Part shown: in pieces, positions 53,560 through 64,000 of the stretch
Position numbering within the stretch: position 1 is the first letter of the stretch
Layout of the letters: each line of letters opens with the position of its first letter
Assembly (NCBI RefSeq): GCF_000485595.1
Contig: NW_014577088.1
Coordinates: forward strand, 858,876 to 922,875
Reading direction: 5' to 3'
DNA from: Priapulus caudatus
Lineage: Eukaryota
DNA length: 64,000 bases
The notes under the pieces: generated by a model
The model's input: only the letters and a program-made list of their open reading frames with translations
The model's database searches: none
What the model was told of the DNA's origin: nothing
Program-made: the position numbers and the translations under genes

Positions 53560-56500
53560 ATAATAATAAATTCCAGTACCCACTACGCAGTATACTTAAA
53601 GGCCAAATATGCACTATATTACCTATTCCATTCTCCTTGCTTCTAACAACGAATGCAGTAATACTTAAGGCAATATGAACTATAATAGCCCTGTTCCTTC
53701 TCCTTGCTCTAAATGCCAAATCCAGTAATTAAGCAATATGCACTATATTAGCCTGTCCTCCCTGCTTTACGACTCTAATGCAGAATGCATTAATTAAGGC
53801 AATATGCCCATACGACCTTCCTTTTCTTCGCTCTAATGCAGCATATGCAGTAATAAGGCAATATCACGCATATAGCCTGTCCTTCTCCTTGCTTCTAATA
53901 CAGTAAATGTCAGTAATTAGGCATAGCACTATAGTAAGCCATGTCCGCTGTTCTTCTAAATGCAAGTATGCACTCATAGTAACTGCTTCTCTTCTTGCTT
54001 TCAACGCAATAAATAAGTATACTGAATTAACTTTTTAACTGCGGCACCAACACTGCCACTAGAAAATGATCAGTGCAATCAAAAAACAACCATGACGGTG
54101 ACACAAGCTACACGACATCGGAGAACGGAAGCGAAAGCGGAAACCTGCCAGCAATTTCTGCGTAACGTACTGACCAGTTCTATTCAAGTCAGTTATCATA
54201 GTTGTTATCTTACGTAAGTAGTCAGTAGTTTAGTCAGTTAAGTAGTCAGGCATTTAGTCTGTCCAGGATATGCGTTTGATTTCCTTGCACGCACAAGTTT
54301 ATCGACACGCTATCTCAAGAATGCGCCCCGGAGCCATCTCCAAGCAACTTGGGACAGAGCAGGTAAAAACTGAAAATAATATGACGCACATTATCCAAAT
54401 ACCGCTATACTACGCGACTCTCATTACCAGTCACTGTTTGTCCACTGTCACGAACGCTTCCCCAACGGCCGCGCCTAGGTGCCTGTGGTCGCCATGATAA
54501 AAAATATAAATATTTAGTTTTATGAAGAAAGTATGATATACAGTGAACACACAGTGGAACTTTAACTTCGAGCGTATAGCCTACGTCGTATTTAATTTGT
54601 GATGGTGCGTTCATATTCATATTCAGTTTTAACTGACTCCTGTCCGCAAGTGCCTGTGATCCAACATGCATTGCGCGCTCCGCACAACAGACAGCAATTT
54701 CGAAAGCGTCGTACGGGTCACTTGCGTTTAAGATAGTACTTCGTTTTTTATCATGTCAATATGCACCATCGCCGCCCCCCCCCTACTGGTATCACCTAAC
54801 AGGCGGCAATGTTTGGCGATCCTAAAACGGCAGAAGATGAGAGCGCGCGGAATAACATAGCAGGGACAACGCAGACAGAGCTTTTTCTGTGTAATATATA
54901 CGGGATTAACTTACCATGGGCCCGCTCCTCGTCTCGGTCGCATCCGGCGCCGGTCGTCGTGCTCAGGTCTCTCTCTCCGTCGATGTTCTCGTTCTCTCTC
55001 CGCTCGTCCGTGTCTCTTCTTCTTTCTGCTCGTCTCGGGTCGCCGGGCTCTTCGTCTCTCGTCGTCTCTCTGTGGGGGCTCGTTCGCTCGCTCGTCATGG
55101 GGGTCGTCTCTCGGTCGCGTCGCGTTGTCTTCGTACTTTCTCCCGCAGCAGGCGTCTCGGGGCTCGTCCGAAGCGGGGGTCGGTCTGGCGGTAGTCGGTT
55201 GGGTGGGGGGGGTGGGGTGGTCTGGGGCCTGCCGGGGGAGGGTGGGTGGTGGGCGTGGCGTCCGGCCTGGGGGGCTCGTCGTTGCGTGCGGCGGTGGTTG
55301 GCGGTGAAGGGGGGGGGTGCTGCGCGGGTGGTTCCGTCGTCGTGCTCGGCGGGGGGCTGTGGCGGGGGGTCGGTTGTTCTCTTCTCTCGGCTCGGCTCGT
55401 GGATCATACATTTCTCTCGTCTCGCGAGAATTTCTCTCTGGTCTCTCTTCTCGGTTCTGGTTCTCGTGCTTCGTCTGTCTTTCGTTCTCGTCTCGTTCGG
55501 TCTCCTCGCTGTGCGATTCTTCTTGGTCCTCTTCTCGGCTCCTTCTCCGTCGGGGTCTTGGTTTTCGTCTCTCGTCGATCTTCACTCCGTCGTTGAGGGC
55601 TGTCCGTCTGCTCTTCTCTCGGTCGGGAGGGTGGGGGCCGGCTCGGCCTGGGGTGTCGGCCTCGTCTCTCCTCTTCCTCTCAGTCTGTCGTGCTGCTATT
55701 CACTAAGGGTGGTCTCTCTGTCGGTCTCTCCTGTCTGCGGGTGGGTCGGCGTTCGTGTCGTGCTGTCTGGTCTATTGCTCTCGTGGGCTCGGGTGCGCTG
55801 TGCTGCTGGTGTTCTCCGGCGTCGGTGTTCGGTCGTGTTTCTCTCGTCTCTCTTCTTCTTCTCATCTCTCGTCTTCTCGTGCGTGGCTCGTCTCGGGTCT
55901 GCCGGTCTCGGTATCATCGTGGTTCTCTCTCTCGTCAGTGTCGCGTCTTCGGTCGTCGTCTTTCTTCGGTCTCTGGCTTGTCGGTGGCGGGAGTGCTTCT
56001 CTGCTGTTGGGGCGCGCAGAATCGGGCATGGCGCTGGGGTGGGCGCGTGGTGTTCTGTTCGGGGGCGGTCTGTGGGCAGGGTGGGTGTGGCGGCCGTCCT
56101 CGTCTCCTCGTCGTCAATCTCTCCTCGTCTTCGTGGCGAGGGTGGCTCTCCTCTCTTTTCTGTCTCTCTCGCCTCCTCTCTCTCTGTCTCTCTCTTCTCT
56201 CCTCCTCTCTCTTCTCGCTCTCTCCATCCTCATCTCAGCTGTCTTTCCCTCTCGTCGTCCCCGTCTTTTTTCTCATCCTGTGCTCGACACTCTCTCCCTC
56301 TGATCGATTGCCTATCTGCGACCCTTTCATACCTACCGTTCATCACGCAACATCAGATTCAAATATGAATCAACTCCCAGCACAGTCCGCATGTTAATAT
56401 TCTCATGCGCTCGCGGAACAACGTCGCTGTTAACATTCATCTTTAGATAATATCGGCACGTGTGATAATAATTACCAAACTCGACCACAATCGCGCAAAG

Positions 56501-57281
56501 CAGAAATGAACAATTCAAGTTAGGTAACTGCTAGTAGGTCGCTATCAAGTCGTAGTTAAAATAATCGAAATCTTCAAGACACGCTGCAGTATATCCTCAT
56601 CTAACGTAGGCATTAACATTCATTGCCACTTTTATTATAGTCCGGCTGGTGATGCGATGACAAGAAGCCATTACAATCCTTGCCTAATGAAGCCTAAGCC
56701 TGCGAACAATTTGGAAATGCAAATTAGCGCCCGAGTTATCCCGCCGGATAAGCCGAATTACCCTTTTTGTCCGAATCGTTGCGTTTCTACGAAATCTTGC
56801 CATTTCCAATTATTTATATTTCGCTATTAGTCGTTCTCCCTCTGCAAGACCCGGCCAATATCAACATACCAAGGAAGTCGAATCGCGGGAAAGTAGTTTC
56901 TGACGATATACAATTTCATCGGAACGCACCTCTATATTGTACAATATTTTGGCCAAGCAACAAATGGTATTCAATAGTATTTTCTAAGAATAATCCCAAT
57001 AAACCATTCTACAGGCCATCACTGTAAGTATTCAATATACCGTAACAAGCAAAAATTGCCTGAAACGAATTGCGTGTTCTAATATCTTTCAGGAAAAAGT
57101 GCGGCCCGCCCAATCTCCCCCAATTAGTACGAATAATCGATGCCTCACTCCACGACAGAGCGGTTTCTACCCGGAATTCCAATGCGCTCTCCCACTTGCC
57201 CTAGCATCAACGATCAGGTCGCGTTACCGCACCTGCCACAACGTACAGACTCGATTCCGGTACTGTACACTGCCTCTGCAT
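53560..57281 (+). repeat. Error-rich duplicate of 44965-46765 followed by a duplicate of 49097-50043
   Basis: Colinear matches (64-bp array, MITE, CCCCCCCTACTGGT, CT tract, CACAGTCCGCATGTTAATATTCTCA...) with dense indels. Confidence 0.85.
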
Positions 57282-57590
57282 CACGGATTCACCCGGTTAC
57301 GCCAGCCTGCCGCAGCCGTCATCCATGGAACAAACCGCGGATTCAACCCCCGGTTACTGCACCTGTCCCGTCATCCAGGATTCAATCCGGTTACCCCACC
57401 TGCCCCGTCACCCAGGATTCAACCCCCGGTTACCGCACCTGTCCCGTCACGCCACTCAGGATTCACCACATCCGTTACCGCACCTGCCCCGTCATCCAGG
57501 ATTCGATCCGGTTACCCCACCTGCCCCGTCATCCAGAATTCGATCCGTACGCACCTGCCGCCGTCATCCAGGATTCGATTCCGGTTACTA
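57281..57590. repeat. ~37-bp tandem repeat
   Basis: Unit CCGTCATCCAGGATTCGATCCGGTTACCCCACCTGCC. Confidence 0.85.
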
Positions 57591-57713
57591 CAAGCTGACA
57601 CCGTCCACAAGATCACCCCCGTACCCCGACACCCTGCCTTCAGCACCTGCAATAATCTAGGTGGACCGAACTCTCACTGTAACGCCCACATTTCCTACAT
57701 CGGCATGCTGCGC

Positions 57714-58050
57714 GCCGACGTAGGCAAGGCTAGTCATCTGCAGCCGACGTAGGCAAGGCTAGTCATCTGCAGCCGACGTAGGCTAGGCTAGTCATCTGCA
57801 GCCGACGTAGGCAAGGCTAGAATCATCTGCAGCCCGGACGAGCTAAAAGCTAGTCATTGTAGCCACGTCAGGCAGGCTAGTCCATTCTGCAGCCGAAGAT
57901 ATGCTAGCTAGTTCATCTGGCAGCAAACGAGGCAAAGGCTAGTCACTCAGCCGGCCAGCGTAGCGCTAGCTAGTTAACTGTAGCCCGACGCTAGCTAGGC
58001 AGTCATTCTGCGAAGGCGAACGTAGGCATAGGCTATCATCGCAAGCCGCA
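57714..58050. repeat. 29-bp tandem repeat decaying to the right
   Basis: Unit GCCGACGTAGGCAAGGCTAGTCATCTGCA. Confidence 0.9.
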
Positions 58051-59585
58051 CGAGTCAGTTAGATATAAAGCTCGCGCGGGTGGCTTTTATACGGCAGCGG
58101 AAGCACAGAACGCTCGACGCCTATACAAAACAAGTTAAGCTGTCGGTTCAACGAAGCCATCCTGTGACGTACCTGGGGAATCGTCAACATCATCGTCATC
58201 GTCGTCGTCGTCGTAATTGCCGTCCTTCAGAAATTGCCGCCACACTCGTCCACTATATACACAACTCCTTAGACTTCACGTCCAGTCTAGTCGCATCAAC
58301 AGTTAATTGCCGCGTCAACAGCCGGACCCCGTCTAACGCGCTCTCGCCGTATAGGTCTTTGCAAAACGAAGCGAAGTTAAGCTGGATTTAAAGAGTCACG
58401 CGCCGCTCTCTAAACACTTGCTCTGTTTGCATTAGATAAAGGCCGCCGACCACTCCGCACGGCGCGAGTAAATCTATTCCAGCTTTCTCGCGGCGGCGGC
58501 GGCAGCGCCACGTTCCTTCGCGCACTCAGCTCGAAAACGCACCGCCAGACGGCGCGAACAACTGCTGTCATCCTGACGACAACGTCACTCGTGTGGCATC
58601 CGCGGAGTGCGGCTCGGCGAACGAAGTGGGGCAACGCATGGCACTTGTGTGCCCGAGATGGCTTCCCCTGGGAGCAAAAAACAAACCCGAAGAGGAAAGC
58701 GAATCGGCCATCAAAAGCCGCCTTCCGAAATTAGAGATTTTTAAGATCGCCGCGTCGCCCCGTTTATCGCGTGGCATCTGTAATAGATGGCGGCAATTTA
58801 ACACGTGCTCGCTCTCGCACGAGTCGCATCGGCTTGCCGCGTACACCACGCAGGGGTATATAGCGCGCGCAACACGTGACGGCGTCGTCGCAGCTGCCGC
58901 CGCACTGCCACGCCAAGCGACATTGTGCGAGAAGATTAAATTTACGGTCACGCCGAGCCTAACGACTAAATAAGGAATTTAGAGCAATAGGAGCGCAGTC
59001 AACTCGTGCGTCCCGTTGGCAGCAGATGTGTGCGATATAGAAATATATATATCCTGTGCAATAATGCCTGAAATGCTATTCTAGCTGACGTGCCATTATC
59101 ATGTCACGTATATAATGTACAGGTGTGTGTAATATACCACCAGATATATTATACTATCAGCCATGAGGCACTAACAGATGTCTGGGTCCCATAGCTGTGG
59201 TATATTGTGCGCTTTACTGCCAGGTATGTCTGGTGGGTGACAATGAATGTCAACATGTCCAATTGTGTGTGATGCGCTGTCGCGTCTTTTACCATCCGGC
59301 GAGCTACACCGGCATGTGACATGATACTTATATACAGCTATAGCTGGCCTACTCTGACAGGTGTGATATATTATAGGGTCTTCTACAGTGTCAGGTGTGA
59401 CACAGTGTAGGATGTTTGACACGGTCTAGTGTCACACAGTGTAGGATATTCTACACTGTCAGATGTGACATATTACGGGGTATTCTAAATTATCGGGCGT
59501 GTTTTAGTGTCAGCAGAGACGGATTTACACCTGAGCAACATTGCCGGGTACTGCATGGTGAGCAGGGCAATTGAGCCGTCAGGGG

Positions 59586-59852
59586 CACAGGCACTTGGGA
59601 CAGAGTCAGTCAAAACTGAAAGTAATATGAACGCACATTCACAAATACGACTTCTATATACATCATTATAATGGCGACATAGCACACTCGCAGTGGCGAG
59701 TGCGGGAGCGGCTAGTTCTGCATTTTTAGTTTTTTGTGAAAGCAAGTTGATATACAGTGACACAACAGTGGAAGTGTAATTGAGGGGTAGTATTTGTGAA
59801 TTTGCGTTCATATTATTTTCAGTTTTTACTGACTCTGCCCCAAGTGCCTGTG
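59586..59852. mobile_element. MITE with CACAGGCACTTG termini and 8-bp TSD (P- or hAT-type)
   Basis: ~60-bp TIRs and a perfect TSD GTCAGGGG (59578-59585, 59853-59860). Confidence 0.92.
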
Positions 59853-60028
59853 GTCAGGGGGTGTAACACAGTGACGTGCTGGGACGCATATATTTTAAAT
59901 TGACTACGTCACGAATATTCTATCATGGTGTATATTTGTAAAATGTTTGTTGATATTTTTTTACATTAAAAGTAAGAACTAAATGCATCGTCAAATTCTC
60001 ACCTGATAAGATTGTTTCTCAACTAGTT

Positions 60029-61146
60029 GCTCACCAAAAGGCCTTCGACACGGTTCCACACCGCCGTCTCATGCGTAAGTAAGCTAAAAGGCTACAGAAT
60101 CAGGGGAAACCTAATCGCATGGCTGGAAAGTTTCCTGACTGACAGAAAGATGCGGGTATCAGTGCACGGAGAATTTTCTGAGTGGAGCAGCGTTGACAGC
60201 GGCCGGGTACCTCAAGGATCAGTCATGGGTCCAATCCTGTTTTTAATTTATGTTAACGATATACCAGACTTTGTAAATTGTTAGTTAAAAATGTTTGCAG
60301 ACGATACAAAAATTTGGAATATAGTAAGAAAAATCACAGACAATATTCTTCTGCAGACAGACCTCGATAAATTAAAGATCAGAAACATGGCTCCTGAAAT
60401 TTCACGTTGAAAAATGCAAAAGGATGCGCATAGGCAGTAAAAATAACAAATAAATCTACACAATGAAAGACGGGGACCAAAGAAGAATTTTGAAGGAGGA
60501 AGAGGAGGAAAATGACATTGGGGTTTTGATATCTAACGACATGAAACCTACGATGCAGTGCATAATGGCAGCCTGTACAGCTACCAACGTATTACGGTCA
60601 ATCAGGAAGTCCTTCAAGTTCCTAGACAAGAACGCTTTCTTGATCCTATACAAAACATTTATAGGTTCACACCTAGAGTACTGCATCCATGCCTGGTCTC
60701 CCTACTTTAGTAAAGACATTGAGCACACGGGAAAAGTCCAAAGAAGAGCCACCAAACTAGTATATGGGTTAAAAAAAAGTACAAGGACCGGCTGAAGTCT
60801 TTAGGATTACAATTTTTACATACCAGAAGACTAAGAGGCGACCTAATAAAATCATACAAAATCATGACAGGGAAATATAAACTGAACCCAAACACTTTCT
60901 TTTGTCCAGCCTCAAAACAACATCACTAAGAGGAAATAACATGAAATTATATAAACAACGGTCCAGCCTCCAAGTGCGACAAAACTTTTTCAGCCAGAGA
61001 GTGGTGCAACCCTGGAATAAACTGCCACAAAGTGCAGTCGCAGCTACCACGACTAACGAATTTAAAGCCAGAATCGACCGATTCAGGAAATCGCCAGATA
61101 TGGGTGCACATTAGGCTAGGCCTCTTACAACCCATTATCCTTAACT
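60029..61146 (+). mobile_element. 5'-truncated CR1/L2-group LINE (reverse transcriptase pseudogene)
   Basis: Frameshifted motifs [51 protein letters not shown] and FFSQRVV..WN.LP. Short (TAAC)n tail; flanked by the AACTAGTT direct repeat (60021-60028, 61147-61154). Confidence 0.93.
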
Positions 61147-61768
61147 AACTAGTTATAAATCTAAAAAACCTGGACGATTTGATATTATTATCCTGACATA
61201 TATTGCTTGCTTAATGGGCTATGTATGAGTCACGAGTGTATGTTTACATCGAACATTATAGTAAAATAGGAAGTATAATTAATTTATTAATAAGCAATTT
61301 AACCATAAAAAGTAACCAGAATTACTTATATTTTGTGAAAAAGTGGAAATATTTTTGGTTACTTTTACTGCTTACGGTGACGTAATCACTTTAATAAATA
61401 ATTTGAGACAGGTCTAATTACGCGAGTATTGCATCGTAACGCACCACCAGTGCTGTCTGCGGGGGTCCTGTTTCGAAATCATTACTTGAAAATGCAAAAT
61501 CTGGAAGAAAGTATAGCGAAATATATTCTCACCTAATAGCGGATATGTTACTAATTACACCAACTGGAAAAACACTAAGAATTTATGCTATTATCGCATA
61601 GAAAATTTAATTAAACACGCCGTAACACAATTGCATGTTTGATTATAGCGATAATTAATTTTCAAATGGCGCCTTCAAAACAAGTGGGCCCATAGTGCAC
61701 CTAATTCAAACAAAAGTGCATCTGATTCTGTGTAGTGTACTCGGTGCTGTTTTTAAATTAATTTTGCA

Positions 61769-61969
61769 CAGGGGAGAGATAGTGATCCGCTAGGGGACGG
61801 TTCTGATTGGCTAATTTTGTCTCTTATTTATTTATTTTTTTATTATTTTTGGCTAATTTTGTTTTATTTTAGAATTAGGGATAGGGTTAGGGTTAGGATT
61901 AGGGTTAGGGTTACGGTTAACTGATTTCTATATCCATAACTTATTTCTATATTCACTATCTCTCCCCTG
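61769..61969. mobile_element. MITE carrying internal TTAGGG repeats
   Basis: Perfect 17-bp TIRs CAGGGGAGAGATAGTGA / TCACTATCTCTCCCCTG; TTAGGG-like run at about 61875-61915. Confidence 0.8.
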
Positions 61970-62855
61970 AGACCTACTATTTTTAAATTGGTTGCATGAT
62001 GTCTCGCACTATCGCGAGATTCCGAGATTCCGAGAGTCCGAGATTCGCACGTAATGGCAGCGGAAATCAAAACGAGTAATCAGAATTCGAATCATGCATG
62101 GTTTGTTGAATACGAAGGTTCTACGATATGTTATCGTTACTCTAGATAGTTGTTGTCACTGAAGCAATAACGGTTAGTATCGTAAAAGTGGGTAAAATAC
62201 GAGACCGGCCGGAAATTATTTTGTGAAATCCTGGCTATTTAAAGAACCAGATTTTCATGCACATACGTACGTAGGCAACGCGCTCTATTCATAATTGTTA
62301 AGGCGAGGCGAAAATGTTATAGTGTAGTAAGTAAACGTGGCCGCCCAGAAAAACAAAATTAGCTCGGGGGAGAGATGACGGAGAGACGAGGAAAGACGAG
62401 CAAAAGAACGGGTGTGTGAGCGAAACGGTGTGCGTGCTTCATGCGTGTGCGTGTTAGGGTGGTGTGGGGCTAGGGTTAGGGTTAGGGTTAGGGTGGTGTG
62501 GGGCTATAACTATTAATAATAATTATTCACATGACTGCACAATGTAATGAAAGTGTCAATGACACTGTAGCTCACCGTGGGTGTGATAGAAGAAGGAAGG
62601 GATATATATATAAAGCAAGAGTATATATGGGAGAACTCCCATTATATAGCATATCTCCCATTATATACTCTTGATAATGATATATATGCATAAGTTTTGA
62701 TGCGAAAATAAATGTTTCAGATCTGAAAGTCTGAAATCTTGACGAGAGATGGTGCTACGCCTAAATGATCACCATTTTGGTTTTCGAATATCGCGCAAAT
62801 AAAAACAATAAAATATTCCAGTCAAATTACTGTAACGAAGAATCTAAAACACAAT

Positions 62856-63283
62856 AGGCGCGTTCACACTGGCGCGAATAAGCGGGATGCAAATCCCGGT
62901 TTTTTTGGCATCGCGATGGAAATACCGAGATTATTACATGCGTGAACGCAATAATTCGACTAATAATTGCGATCAGCATCGCGCTCCAAATCGCACTTTT
63001 GACTGCGATTATTTGGAATTAGCGCGATTATTTGCGTGTGTGACCTTCGCGCAAATAATCCCGGTATTTTCTATCCTATGCATTTCAAGCGAGTAAGCAG
63101 TTTGAGCTATGCGCAGTAAGCGATCATTGCCGGCAGTGAGCATGGCCAGTTCGATTAATAGAATTATCCCCCCGCTCAGGATAGCGAGATATTTCCGCTT
63201 GTTGGTGAAACAACGTACAATTATCATCGGTATTTGCATCCGGCGATGCTATCGCGGTTTTTTCTTGTGTGTGAAAAGCGCCT
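62856..63283. mobile_element. PIF/Harbinger-like MITE
   Basis: Imperfect TIRs AGGCGCGTTCACAC / GTGTGAAAAGCGCCT. Confidence 0.55.
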
Positions 63284-64000
63284 GATTATTACACGTATGT
63301 AGGTATGAATTGTAGAAGTTGTTAACCATGTAACGAAATAAACGTAATATAGAGCGTGTCTATACTCTCCCATAGGAGTAATACAATTACTGACTTTGGG
63401 GCTATAAAGCCTTTACAACATTCATATATCGCAAAATTGAATCAAAAACTGAATGAATATAGATGGCCTTTTCATTTTTGGCCAAAAAGTGGGCCATGGC
63501 TCAGAAAGTAGGTTTACGCGTTGCTTCGCAAATAGGACGTTAAATATCTCCATAGCCGCCAAAAGTAAAAACTGTATGCAATTTTGAAACATGTGGGTCA
63601 AAACGGTTCCTTGAGTCATGTCGTTGACTGTAGGCTGAGCCACATGCAGAATGCAATAGTGCAATTGCCAAAATTACTGCTGATTTGCATAATAAAAAAT
63701 AATAAAAACCCGTGTGATATGTTTTTGGGGGCAGTCCTTATTCATTCCACAATCAGAACTGAGAAAAAATCCGTTGAACTGAACTGACTTATTGGCCATT
63801 TCCATTTTTGAGGACGAGACGGCGAGCGAGGAGACGGACGACGGACGGACGGACGGACGGAGACGGAGGACGGGACACACCCATGGCAATAGCTCATTCT
63901 GAGATGTCAAGGGAAGCTAAAAATGCCGGCAATGAAAGCCATGGTAATAACTACTTCATGTTAACTATTAAACAGCAGTCGTTTCATGAATGAACGTATT

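Noticed and set aside
54796..56397. Long ORFs (519, 235, 224 and 203 aa)
   Set aside because: Low-complexity, A-poor sequence occupying the position of the (CT)n tract in the duplicate at 46311-46630. The ORFs are open only because stop codons are compositionally rare; likely base-calling noise.

Overview
Repeat-rich animal genomic DNA (probably an invertebrate; this is an inference from the repeat families), not prokaryotic. The only host gene I can support is a phospholipase C-beta (PLCB/Plc21C-like) on the minus strand. Two PH-domain exons, 41316-41248 (EVDGIEISNIRDTRTGQQARVPK) and 1307-1167 (DSKLRD...SKETAK), are joined in frame across a ~39.9-kb GT-AG intron, so almost the whole window is intronic. 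The introns are packed with mobile DNA: an internally deleted Academ (XPG-type) transposon that keeps a 613-aa ORF and appears nested in a Helentron/HINE-like element, a 5'-truncated CR1/L2-type LINE, a tRNA-derived SINE, Helitron ends, and many MITEs with readable target-site duplications (TSDs) of IS3EU-, hAT-, P/hAT- and Harbinger-type. There is also a family of 34-58-bp micro-hairpins, plus mini- and microsatellites. The 43-58 kb region holds multi-kb near-duplicate segments, some visibly error-rich and probably assembly redundancy. Most ORFs in the supplied track are spurious. I found no convincing wholly new biological system. The best leads are the frame-preserving Academ ORF, a possible alternative PLCB first exon, and the micro-hairpin family.
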